Positions 45,537 to 57,800 of a DNA stretch of 64,000 nucleotides are shown here, piece by piece. The first letter of the stretch is position 1. Each line of letters opens with the position of its first letter. This DNA comes from Blastocladiella emersonii ATCC 22665 (lineage: Eukaryota > Fungi > Blastocladiomycota). Made by a program: the position numbers and the translations under genes. The stretch lies in the NCBI GenBank assembly GCA_025594325.1, contig JANHCV010000016.1, forward strand, positions 248,001-312,000. Direction: 5' to 3'. The notes beneath the pieces are model-generated. The model saw only the letters and a program-made list of their open reading frames with translations, did no database searches and was not told the DNA's origin.

Positions 45537-45748
45537 AGTGGATGGGCTCGGTTCAGTTTACGTTGGAAAGTTGCATTGGGTTCTTGGTGAGGCCGAAGAG
45601 AGAGGCGGCCGAGGAAGGCGGGCCGCTCGACGCGTCGCGTCGCGCGTCGCGGGGTGCGAGACAGTGCTCACGTGCGCGGCGCGAATCCCTTTTCGCGATC
45701 GCGCTTTCGACGCCGCCGCTCTCGCTCTCGCCGCCACGAACGAAGCGC

Positions 45749-46389
45749 ATGAATACCATGGAAGCCCAACACGCATCACCGACGAAACTTGCTGCATCTG
45801 TACCTCCGACAGCGACGCCTGCTAGTCCACGCGCTCCTGCATCAGCAGCGACCGAGTCGGCACCCGCGCCCGGTATGTCGGCCAACCTGCTCTGGGGCTG
45901 CGTCGCGATCTCTGACCGGTTTTCTCCGCTTTCGTAGCGAGCGAAGCCAGTTCCAGTGCCGCGGCGAACGCTGTCACGGCTCCAGCTGCTGACAACGCGC
46001 CTGTCGACTCCGCGCAAAATGCGCCATCGGATGAGCCGACCAAGGCCGATGCCGTAATGCAGGAAGCCGACACCGCTGCTACCGACGAACCGGTGAGCCG
46101 CCACGGCGTCCTCAAGTCGACCACGCCGTCGCTCATGCACCTCCCGCGCGCGCCCTGGCTACCGCCCTACCGTGAGGCCTCGGACGTGCCGCGCAAACCG
46201 CACAACAACCCGCCGTACCAGCGCCCGCGCAAGTTTGCGCGCGAGCCGACGCCCGTCCCGCTCCTCTCGGGCTCCGCGGCCATGATCCCCATGTGGCGCG
46301 CCTTCGAGCCCCCGCAGCTCTCGACGGCTGTCGCAGCGGCGGCGGCGGTGTCGCGGTCGCCGCCACGGGCAACGGGGACTAAGTCTTGA
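45749..46389 (+). CDS. Hypothetical protein, head-to-head with CFAP57
   Basis: Exon 45749-45872, intron 45873-45937 (gtatgt...ctgac...gtag), exon to 46389. Low-complexity N-terminus; C-terminal PWLPPYR, HNNPPYQ and IPMWR motifs. Confidence 0.6.
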
Positions 46390-46599
46390 TTGAGTAATAT
46401 ACGACGCGTGTGTTTCTACTTCTTTCGTAGGAGTTCGGCGGGGTGCAGGAGAGCGCTTCAAGCACCTGCGGTCGCGACTCGCCGTGTCCTTGGGCAGGGT
46501 CCGAGCCGTAGCAAAGATCTCCCCTGCTCAAGCTAGATCGACAAAAGGATACCCCTAGCTTTCACCCCGAAACTGAACAGCAAACGAAAATGCACGGAG

Positions 46600-47005
46600 C
46601 GCGTGAACACGTGATATCGCAACGCGTCTCGCATGTCTCATGGGCAGGTCAGTTTGCTCGAAGTTGGTGTGAAAGAAGGAATTGCGCGCCTAAAGCCCAA
46701 GGAAATGTTTCCTGAAAGTAAGATAGGGTGCTTCGTGAGCAACTTCGTGTCCATTGCTATCGTCAACAGCGCGCTCAGGCCTCAAGCGTTCAGATCTTCC
46801 AAGTTTGCGTCGATTTCGGCGGCAGGGTGCGTAGTGTAGCAGACCAAGCAAAGAGATTTGAATTATCAACGCAAATTAATTACAACCACAATAGAGCAGC
46901 TGCTCGACGTGAGAGAGCCACGACTTGCCTTGCGAATCCGAGTCGCTGCAGCCTTGGCCTGACGACCGCCAACGGCCCGATCAAAGCCAAAGACGAGATC
47001 ATCAA
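46600..47005 (-). pseudogene. Decayed ORF fragment in the lower-GC island
   Basis: Minus-strand coding-like stretches (e.g. LEDLNA*GLSALLTIAMDTKLLTKHPILL) interrupted by stops. Confidence 0.3.
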
Positions 47006-47011
47006 CTAGCC

Positions 47012-49347
47012 CTATTCACTGTCCTCGTCGCTGCTCCATCCCACGTTACGGAGCACGGCAGGAACGAGATCCTTTTTCCACTCGGGGCTAGCGTCCGTGA
47101 GCTTGAGCAGGTCGCGGCGGACCCAGTTTGGGTCGACCGGAGTCAGCACGTCACAAAGAAGCTGTGCTGTTGGCATCGTCCACTCACAGTAAGCAGGATC
47201 AGCGGCCTCCGCGGAAAGCCGCGCGTGCAGCGTTTCGTCTGTTGCGAAAAAGGTGGGACACGGACAGCGCTGGTCACAGATGCACGTCCGGTTCAGCTCC
47301 GTTGGGCAATTGGCAAGGATAGTGTGCACAGCAAATCGCCACGGCGTCCACAATGCGGGTGCGTCCGGGTGGAGCGAGATGCTGAGACCGTGAAGCGAGG
47401 AGGATTTCGGGCATCGGTCATGCTTGACCAGCAGGACGTCGAGGTAGCTGAAAGAGGTGGTGCGGTGGCCCGTTTTGTCCGCGTTGGAAAGCTGACGTAT
47501 CGCATCAGCTTGAAGTTTCGGATCGTTGAGCATGTAAACGGTAAGATCCGCGAGATCAAGCGCGGCATCGGTTGCCAGGAAGCTGGGGTGTTCAAGAATC
47601 CCGCTGAAAAGTTGGGCAAAGACGTGAGCCGGGTTCTGAGAGTAAGGTGCGGTGATGAGAGCTTGAGTTAGGCCCGGGAAACGCGCAAGGAGCTGCGGAC
47701 GGGCATCCGAGTAAGGTTCAAAGAACTCGTCCAAGCTGATACCATTTTTGAACGCGAGCGATAGTCCGAAACAAAGCGGCTCGAGCTCATAAAGTTGCTC
47801 GATTATTCGGAGCGCTGGACGATGCGGAAACACGGGGTAAGTACTTACTCTGGGCGCGACCACGAGTGCAGGAGACTCAACGTACCATAAATGAGGTTGG
47901 ATTTTGCGGTGTCTGGGTCATACCGGTAAAGTTTCGTTGCCAGGTCAAACATCGCCTGATCGCAGTGTCGTACAGCAAGTCGAAGCTGGTCAGGAACGAG
48001 AGCCCTTAAGCCAAGGTCAACTGCTGCAAAGGATCGCACTTGTTCGACAGTCAAGCGGCGTTGACTAAAAGCGCGTGCAAGGTCCTCATCGAACTCTTGC
48101 TTTGCGCTCAAGTTACCAGTCCAGTAGTCTACAGTGCTGAAGTTCGCATCGGAGTCGGCAGCTTCATCGCTGTCAAATTCGTCGTAAACTGCAATGATTA
48201 GGCCCGGGTCCTTGCGAGAAAGTACAAGCTCGGCATAGAATCCGCCCATGTCCCATCCTTGACGCTTGAGCCAGCGGAGCTGTGCAACGATCGTTCCCTT
48301 GTGCAAGTGGGGCAGCTTCTCTAGAGCAGTCAGGATCAGGTCCGTTCCGAATTCGTCCTTGGCGAACTCGGCGATAACCTCGGAATCAATCCCAAACGGC
48401 TCCTGGTCGAGTCGCTGGAACGTGTCTACGTCCCACTGGCTTAGAGCGAGCGCCGCGAGATATTCGAGAAGACGTGTGGTGAGGAGCTCGCCTGAGTCGT
48501 ACTCGGACCAGAAATGCAGCGATTGTCCAATGGTTGCGTCGAACTCGCAGCTGAGACAATTGAGGTCGCGAATGGTGAAGGTGTGGAGATTGGGCAGGTT
48601 GGCCTTGAGGTCCACAACGAGATGCTCGAGGAGGTCCATCTCGCCCGTCAGCGCAAGAAAGATGGCGAGTTGGAAGACGAGAATGATCGGATGCCACGTA
48701 GCGGTACTTGACGGAACAGCGCCGGCCGATTTGACCACGGAGGCGAGGTAGGCCGAAAGCATATCGCCGCAACAAGTTAGGTTACGGCGTTGCAAGTCGG
48801 TGCGCAGAGCGAGAACGAGTCGAGAGAGAAGTGCTCGAGTGAACGGGAGCGCTTCTGGCTCGACCGTTATACCCCGCGCGGCGAATGCGACAATCATACG
48901 GTGCGACTCCAAGCGGCGGTTTAGGAACGCGCTCAGGTGCGTCCGTATCGGCCCGGGCGTACTGGGCCACTCTGGAACAAAGCTAAGGTTATCATTTTCA
49001 CGGACAACCAAGTGGCGAAGCCATGATAACTGCAAGGTGCCAGAGGCGGCGAGCGAGTGGAGCACACGCGAGGACTCGGCGAGCAATGACGTTGGCGTTG
49101 CGAGTGTGATAACCCGCTCGAGCACCTCGTAGGGTAGATCCGTGAGAAGCAAGGAGTTCATTGCATGGAGTTTGACGGGTTCATTCGCTTCATACGAGGG
49201 ACTAGGGTTGAGGGCAGGGGAGAGCAAGCGAACTGACCGCGAGGACTCGGCTTCACCTCTCCAGCCAGCTGTCGAGTCGCTCCCTGAGTCGCTCCCTGAG
49301 CCGCTCCCTGAGCCGCTCCTCGTGCTGAGCGCGCTGCTCTTAGGCAT
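47012..49347 (-). CDS. F-box-like plus helical (ankyrin-like) repeat protein in a lower-GC island
   Basis: ORFs 47845-49515 and 47012-47863 join through a phase-1 intron at 47815-47885 (gtacgt...acttac...ccag). F-box-like LTDLPYEVLERVITLA. Codon usage is visibly less GC3-biased than neighbouring genes. Confidence 0.6.
49274..49320 (+). repeat. 12-bp tandem repeat x4
   Basis: gag(t/c)cgctccct x4, encoding SGSGSGSGSDSGSDS on the minus strand. Confidence 0.85.
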
Positions 49348-50873
49348 CCCGAAGTCGCCAGTCAAGACTTGGGATGTGTGGGAGGGCGCAGTGGTCCCAC
49401 AAGAAAGTCTTTGAGCGGTGAGAGCTGGTCTGTCGGCCGCTCCCGAACCAGGCGATCCAGCTGTGCCGCGTCTCCCTCGGCTCGAAGAAAGCGGTGTGAG
49501 CTTGCTGGCCACCAACGACGGTCGCGGCCATGTCTGAGGCCGCGGTTCAGCAACGGGCCATCATGCGTTACGATGGAATGGAAGACTCGTCTACGCACAT
49601 CTCTTTCGTTCAACGTTCGTCCCAGCAGAGCGGGGCCGCGGTAAGACGCTGACCGTTATGCCGGACGTCGACGCCGTGTGCCAACTTTTGTCCAAAGTCC
49701 AAGGCAAGGGCGGGGTCCCCCTCGTAGGAGCACAAAGCGCACGTGGATCATAACAGTAGCAACATATGCGAGGTTTTGCTCGCTGAAGTGCCTCAGGTGC
49801 TGGTGTTTATCAATCAACAAGATCAGAGACTCTAGTTTGGATATTTGATGGAAGCACTGCATCACAGGTACTGGTTTGGTGTGGTTTCGCGACCCAAGTC
49901 GCACCATAAATCTAGCAGATCTCGTCGTAGCGGACCGAGGACCAGACTCTCTGGTCGCTCCGGGAGCTACGCGCTCAGGGCGACGCAGCGAGGTTTGAGA
50001 GGCGGGCGAAGAGGGAGTGTCGGAGCGCCGGGGTGCAGGGAGGATCAAACGTTGCTGAGCAACGTCGGCCGAGGACGAACGGGGCGGAGGAAAAGGAGGG
50101 CGAGTGAGGGACGGGAAGGTCGGTGCCGCGGGTCGGCTGGTCGGTTCGCAGTGTTCATGGTCAGGTCCTGGTCTGTTGCATGGTATCGGTGGGCATCGAG
50201 GGTACGCATGACGGATCCACTGCGTGATTTATGAGTGAGCGACGCTCAAAGTTTTGCGTGCTGCGATCGGGTGACATCACGCGGGCCGTTGCCGGGAGCG
50301 ACGCGTCCTGAAACGCGTCGCGTCTTTCGCTTGTCCGCCTCTCCGATCGGCAGCATGGTTCCGCTCACGTCGCCCTCACTCATCGAATGTTGTTACCGTC
50401 AAGAGGTGACGTTCATGGAACTCGACCGCCACCGACCCGCGAGCAAGAAGGGGATCTCAACCGCCGCCGCCACCGCTCCGTGGTGTCTCCCACTCCCACG
50501 GTGACGCGATCTCGGCCCCGGCTGGGCCACACGGACGCGCGTAACAAGCGCAAGAAGAAGGAGCGGTTGAGCGTGCCTCGCGCACCACGGCGGGCCAGCC
50601 GTGGCCGAGGCGAGGGCTCTCCCCACACTGTCGCTGCCGTGCCACCATGACCCGCCATCTCGCACACCTTGCGCCAACTTGCTTCCTGCCATGCTCTCGA
50701 ACGCCGCGCTCACCCTGCCGAATCGGGAGAGCGCGCTTCTTCCTCGCGTCCGCTCGAATTCGGGCCGCGCCTCCGTGACGGCTCGCCCTCCTCCCTTCTC
50801 CGCCCAGACTCCTCGCTATCCTTCCATTCTTGCAGCTAGAGCTCCCCTCCTCCGCCACTCTGTCTCCTCTACC

Positions 50874-53800
50874 ATGCCCGACTCTCCTCGGCCGCGGTGC
50901 GGGGCGCTGGCGGTCCCCCGAATTGGCCCTCGCCACCATGTACTCCTTACACGTATGCCTCTCGACCTGGTGACGGCCACGCTCGGGGCTAACGCCGATC
51001 CATTCGTGTAGTCGCCTACATCATCTGCACACTCGCATCACTTGCGCACCGCGCGGCGGGCACCTTCGTCGACGTCGGTCCGCGCTCGAACCTCCTCTTC
51101 ACGCCGCCGCCCGTGGCCTCGGCACCGCTCGCGCTGGCGGGCCCGCGGGCGCTACGCGGCGTGCCGCGGTACATCTCGTACGACCGGACGGGCCAGGTGC
51201 TCGTTTTTTCGGAGAGCAGCGCGTCGTGCTCGGGCTCGCTCATGGGCGTCGACGTGACCGTGTTCAACCCGACGCTGTCGATCAGCGACTCGCTGTTCCA
51301 GCAGTCCATCTGCGACGACTCGGCCGACGTGCAGGTGCTCAGCGTTGCCTTCGACCCGGCCAACGAGACCGTGTACGTCGCGTACCAGGTCGACGAGTCG
51401 CCGCCCTTCATCAACCTCGACCGCTTCGACGCGCTCTCGGGCACCGTCGAGAACATTGTGTCGTTCAACGCCACGAGCGGCCAGCCGTTCACGCTGTCGT
51501 CGATCCCGTCGCCGCTCGCTCCGTCGGACGGTCGCAGCGCGGCCGGCGGCAACGGGACGCACTCGACGGGCAACGGGCGCAATGCCACCTCGCGGGCCGT
51601 CAAGGACGGCAGCGGCAAGCGCGCCACGGCCAACACAACCGCCGCGGGCTCGCGGACCACGCGGCTGTTCGCGAGCGCCAACGAGGCAGTGTGGTACATC
51701 CAGGACGGCTTCGTGGACCTGGCGCTGCTGTACCCGCTCGGCAACACGGTGGTCTCTAGCACGTCGACGGTCCTCCCGCCCATGCTCCGCGCCGCCGACG
51801 CCGACGCCGACGCCCCCGACTCGGGCGGCCGGCTGTACGCCGTGGTGCGGTCCGACGCCGACGGGTCCCTGTACCTGCACATGCAGGACGCGTTCGACCC
51901 CCTCGCGCACATCTACGACGTGGATCTGCTCACGGCGGCGCCGGCCCGGCTCTACTCGCCGCCGCCCATGCCGCGCCTCGCCACGTACCTCGCGGACCGC
52001 GCGGGGACGCCCGTCGACAAGGCGCCCACGGCGCGTCAGGCGCTCCGCGTGTGTGGTGCGTCCGTGTACCTCGCCATCGAGCACCCGGCGGCGGCCGGTG
52101 GCAAGTCGCGCCTCTCGTTCCGCACCTTCAGCGCCGTCGACCTGACCGAGGTCGCGACCGCCGACGCCCTCGCGCTCGACGAGGTCCTCGACATGGAGTG
52201 CGAGGCCAAGACAGGCAACCTGCTGCTGCTGACGCGGTCGACAACGACGGCCGAGGCGAGACCCGCCGCCGCCAGCGGCCGCAAACCCGCGCCCCCGCGC
52301 GAGGCCGGCCCGCGCGAGTCGCTCGTGACGCTGTCGCCGACGCTACGGATCGTGGCCTCGGAGCCGTTTGGGCAGGTGACCAAGCTCGCGCCCGACAACT
52401 CGACGAGCGTCGCGTTCCGCCGCATCGGGCTCGGCCTGCCCGTGCACGGCGGCAGCTCGGTCGTGACGCTGCTGCAGTCCGCGTACAACGCGTCGCGGCC
52501 CGACCTCGACGCGGGCAGCCGTTCGGCTGACCCCGAGCTGCTCCTCGCGGCCACGGCCAGCGTCGATTGCCTCCAGTCCTCGAGCGCGGTGCGGTCCGCG
52601 GCGGCGGCGGCCTCGGCGGCGTCGACGAGCCTCAACGCGACGTCGGTCGCCTCGCTCGCGCGCGCGACGGGCGGGTACCTGTGCGCGCCGTGCAGCCTCG
52701 CGCAGACGGGCAACGCGCCGGGTGCCATGATCTCGCAGGTCGGGGATACGGGCACGACGTGCCTGTTCCTCCGCGCGACCACGGGCCTTGTCACGAGCGG
52801 CGGCACCGCCTCCGACGGCGACGCGGACGCAGCGAGCGGGTCGGACGGCGGCGACGGCAGCGGCGGTGGGGCGGGCACGAGCGAGCCCAACTCGACCGAG
52901 TGCCCGCCGCCGTACTACTACGACGCGACCATCGGGTCGTGCCGGTTCTGCACGGGCGAGGCCGACGGCGACTCGTGCCGCACTGTGCAGGAAGCCGGCG
53001 CCGCCAACTCGGTTACGGTCGTCTCGGGCGTCAACCAGCTGATTGGGCTCGTGGCCGGCGCCGGCGCGCTCGCGGGCGTCCTCGGCGGGCTCATGTGGCA
53101 CCGCCGCGCCGTGAGCGCGCAGGCCGACCTCGAGCGCGGCGTCGACCCCAAGGCGGGTGCCGGACTCGGCAAGCAGTACGAGCGCAACGACTCGTTCATG
53201 TCCGCGTACGACACGGACGCCGAGGCCTCGGGCATGTCGATGCCGTTGCCGCCCGGCCCGCCGCCGATCCTCCCGCTGCGCCACCTGCCGACCCCGCCGC
53301 TGCCGCGCGACGGGTACGGACACGGCTCCGCACACCACCGCGACTCGATCCTGTCGACGGCGACGGGCAACATTACGCCGTCGATCCTGGGCGACGCGCC
53401 CATGGTGCGTCACTTCCGCGACCGCACGGGGACCGCGCCACCGTCGTCGCGGGTGCAGCGCGGCCCGCTGCTGCAATTTGAGCCGTACGAGATCCCGCGG
53501 ACCGCGCTGCACGGCCGGTCGGCGAGCGGGCTCAGCGCACACTCCACCTCGTCTACCTCGTCGTCGGCGTTCCTCACGGGCTCGAGCATCCAGCACCTGC
53601 TCCACGGCAACCGCAGCGCGCCCGCGGTCCCGCGCGCCCTGCACACGGTGCCGCCGCGGTCGTACCACCCGCCGCCGCGCGGCGGCGCTGGGTCTGTGTC
53701 GAACTCTCTCTCTCGCGCCAGCGGGTCGGCGCCGCCAACGGCCGCGTCGGCGTGGAACCGCGCGCGGAACCGATCTGCGTCGCACAGTTTGCTCGATACG

Positions 53801-54595
53801 ACGCTGTACCACCCGACGGACCGCCGGCTTGTGGCGACGCCGACCTCGGCCACCATGCCGTCGATCCCCGGCCGCGCGTCGCTCCCGCGGCACCTCGGCG
53901 GCGGCGGGTCGCGGTCCGCGCCGCCCAGTACTGCGGCCGCGACGGGCCCGAACCACGTCCGCCTCGCGAGCGGCGCTACCGGGGTCACGGTCCCGCACTC
54001 GCGCGCGGCGAGCGGGCCGGCCACGGCCATCCCCGCCGATACCTCGGACCTCCTCGGCGGCGGGCTCGCGAGCAACGGCGCGACGCTGTACCGCCCGCTG
54101 GTCCACTCGCACACGTTCCCGCCGCTCGGGTACCCGTCGGCGGGGCTCGCGGCGTGGTCCGGGTCGCACGACTGGACCAACCAGTCCATGTCCATGTCCG
54201 GGATCCTCAGGTCGCTGCCCGTCCCCGCGTCGCCCATGCTCCCGCCCGCGCACATGATGTACGGCGCCGGCGGCGGCGTGGTGAACCCGTACCTCCCGCC
54301 GCACATGAACAACGCGTCGTTCATCCACTACACGGGCGGCAATGGGCTCATGTCGCCGTGCCTGTCGCCGATCCTCCCGCCCGGCCCGCTCGCGGCCACG
54401 ACCGCCGACCCGTACAGCGCCGCCGGCGGCGGCGGGATGTGGGCCGGGTCCGTCGCGTCCATGTACTCGCTCCCGTCCATGTTCGTCGGCAGCGCGCCGT
54501 GTCTCGGCGGGACCGCGGCCGGCGTCACGGTGCCCGTCCCGCCGCCGCCCGCGCGCACGGCCGCGCCGCCCGTCAAGGTCAAGCGCCGGTACTGA
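50874..54595 (+). CDS. Large type I membrane protein (beta-rich ectodomain, Cys-rich juxtamembrane module, long disordered tail)
   Basis: Exon 50874-50952, intron 50953-51011, giving signal HVLLTLAYIICTLASLAHRAAG. Many NxS/T sites; CPPPYYYDATIGSCRFC; TM LIGLVAGAGALAGVLGGLMW-HRR. Confidence 0.8.
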
Positions 54596-54846
54596 CGGAC
54601 CGTTTTTGTTCTTATTGTTCCTGATTCCTTCTCCCTCTTTGCAACCCATGGCACGATCCACACCACGACCCACGACACGACCACCATCTGTTTGTTCTGC
54701 CACGATTCCATTCACACAGGCCGTGCGACTCTCCTCCTCCCTCATATATCTCATGGCATACCTTCTTCCACTCACTCACGCTGAAGAGTCAGACACACAA
54801 ATGTATTACACCACTCGGTCAGCCGGCTCGGAGGCCACCGCTTGAT

Positions 54847-57800
54847 CTACTCGACGAGGACAGCGACGCCCGCATCGCCATCGTTCGCCTCGACCACGAT
54901 CATCTCTTCCCCCTGCTGCGGCGCCTGCGCCTGCGCCTCCACGGGTACGGGTACGGGTGGCGGCGGTGGCGGCTTGACCGCGGCCGCAACGACGCTGGCG
55001 GCTGCCGCGCGGAGCGCCGCGAGCTCGGCCTGCAGCGCGTCGGCGCGCGCCTGCAGCGACACGGACCACGCGTGGATGACGGGGTGGTTGAGCTCGGGAG
55101 CGACGTGAGCCGACGCCGACTGCTGTTGTTGCGGGGTCGGACACGCTTGTGGTGGTGGCCGCTCAACGACGACGGTCGGGAGCGTCGTGACGACCGCCTC
55201 GGACACCGTCACCGCAGCCGCCGCCGCCGTGGACGCAGGTGAAGGAGGCGCGACCGCAAACTCCTGCAGCGGTGGGGGAGCGACAATGACGGCGCCGTGC
55301 GGCCTGGACCGGGCGGCAATAGCGTCGACGGCCGCGTACGCGACCCACACGGCGTACAGGGCGTTGGCGACGGTGAGGGCGACGGCGAGGACGAGCAGGC
55401 GTTTCTTGGCGGCGCGGATGCGGCGCACGACTAGCTTCGACCGCGCGGCCGAGGATGTGTCGGCGAGGGCCGATGCGAGAGACGTGAGGAAGGCGAAGGG
55501 CGACGAGGATGCGGGTGCAGCTGTCGCGGTAGTCGACTTGCCCGCGGAAGCTGTCGGAGCCTTGACGGCCGCCGCCGACGCAGAAGCAGCAGCAGCAGCG
55601 CGGCTCGACGGGCGCGACCGAATCGGCTCCTCGATAACACTCGCGGTCCTGCTCATCGCGGGCCGCGCCGCACCCCCAACTTCACCCTCCTCCTCGTCTT
55701 CGGGATCTGGCGGGAGCGCCTGGAGCCCGTTAACGACCTCCTTCCACAGGGCGGCGCACCCATCCACCCCGGAACCCTCAATCTTGCCCTCCATCATGCG
55801 GACGCGCTGGAGGAAGTTGACCGAGAACAGGACGTGCACGGTGGTCTCGTTGGGCGCCGACTGGTGGACGCACACGCGGGCCTGCGTCACGAAGCTGCTG
55901 CCGTACGGCGCGCCGGGCGCCTTGGTCTCGTAGTCGACGACGAACCCGGTCACCGGCCCACCGCCCGGGGCCTCGGGCGCGACCGCAACGAGTTTCTGCG
56001 ACTCGGTGCAGTCCGTCGTCTGCTTGCCCTTGAACGGGAGGTAGTATGCGACGCGGTAGTTGAGCGTGCGCGCAGCCCCCGCAGCGGGCATGCCGGCGGG
56101 CGCGGCGCCCCAGGGCTCGATCTCGAGGTTCTCGGATTCGCGGACCCCGTGCGCCGCGCGGTACACGGCCGCGTCTCCCCCAAAGATCGCGTTCCACACG
56201 GCAGCCGCCGAGGTCCCGAGCATCGTGCTCGGGAGCACCGCGTGCTTGGGCTTGTCGGCCATGCACTCGCACAGGCAGCCGGGGAGGTACGCCTTGGCGG
56301 GTTTCGCGGGTTTTGCGGAGGCGGCAGTCACGGCAGCCACCTCGCAGTCGGCCTCGGCCGCAGCGACGCGGTCGTCGTCGAACAGCAGCGTGGACCCGGA
56401 CTCGGCGACGGCGGCGCCGGCGCTCGCGGGGCGGCCGCCGGAGGCTGCGAGCATCGCGTCCGTCTTGCTCCGTCCGCGGCGATTGCTGCTGGCCTGCGGC
56501 GGATCGCCCACCGAACCCGCGGTGTTGACGGTCGGGATCGAGGACACGGTGTCGGCGCGCTTCTTGACGATCCGGGCAAAGAAGCCGCGGAACGCGGTGC
56601 CCGCGCCGTTCGCTGCCGCCGCCGCGGCAGCGCCCGCCCCACCGCCGGGTGTCGAGGGGGACGACTCGGACGCGACGAGCGCCGACGGCGACGCCACGAC
56701 CGTGACGAGTCCGCCGACGGGCGCGGCTGACCCGAGCGTGATCGCTGTCGACGGGATCGACGACGACCGGCCGGGGTTGGTGGCCGTCGGGTGCGTCATG
56801 ACGGCGATCCCGTTGATGTTGGACACGGACGTGGACGCTGTGGTCGCGGCGATCATCTTGTCGGGGGCGACGAGGACGGGCGCGACGGCGGCGGGCGCGG
56901 GCTGCGGCGGGGACTTGACAGACCGCGGCATCGTGCCGGGCGTGGTGCCCGGGCTGCTGCTCGCGCTCGACATGGGGTACTGCGCGGCGGCGAGCGGCGG
57001 GGCCGTCTGCTGGCGCTGCAGAACCACCGAGTTGCGCATCGCGGCCGGCGAGGACGCGCGCGGGGGCGTCGACGTGACGACGGCGTTGGCGAGCGGGGGC
57101 ATAGGCGACAGCGGAGTCCCCGCTGCCCCCGCCGCAGGCGCCGATTCGCGGACGGCGTTGCTGAGCGCGTCGGCCGCTCTCCCGCCGGGGACGGGCAGCG
57201 GGCGGAGGAGGAGGTCGAGTCGGCGGTGCGTCGCGTGCTGTGCGTCCATGGCGCGCTGCCAGATAGTTTTCATTTCGAGGAGCGGGAGCTCGGCGTTGGT
57301 GAATCCGCTGAGCGTGTACTTTGATGCGAGCGACATGACCTTGATGGCGTTGACGGCGCCGCCGCCGCCGCCGCCGGCGCCCGAGGAGGAGTGCTCGGCG
57401 ATGGTGGTGTCGCCGTCGCTGCCGCCGGCGATGCGCGGCTGGATGCGGATCACGTCGCCCCAGTGGATCGTCACTTTGGCCACGTACTTGTTGAGCTTGC
57501 CCTGGAAGCACAGGTGCCGGTCCGTCAGGTACAGCCGGCCGACCCAGTTCTCCTCCTTTTCCATGGCGCAGTGGTACGCTACGTTGTGGGAGGGCGTTAG
57601 CGTGATGGACCTTCTCGGGGGCTCAACGCGGCGGGAGAGAGACGTACACGAGTAAACGACCTCGTCTACGAGCGCCGGAAAGTGCCGCGCGAACCGGCGC
57701 TGGAGCTTGGTCTGCTGCTGCTGTCCCGCGCCCGCCGCTCCCGCCGCTGGAACCGCCGGGATCGGCGGCGCCGACGACGACTCAGAGTACTCGGTCCCAG

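Noticed and set aside
45570-45586. Shared ciliary promoter motif TTGCATKGGGTT (also near 11203-11214); possible RFX X-box
   Set aside because: Only two copies, one overlapping a putative start codon, inconsistent orientation relative to the ciliary genes, and no match to the X-box palindrome.
46500-49940. Terminal inverted repeats for the F-box island
   Set aside because: Only scattered 6-7 bp matches (atctagc, agatct); not convincing.
57579-57647. In-frame segment in the GRAM domain as a coding insertion
   Set aside because: It has canonical donor and acceptor sites and its removal restores the GRAM alignment; an ordinary intron without flanking repeats.
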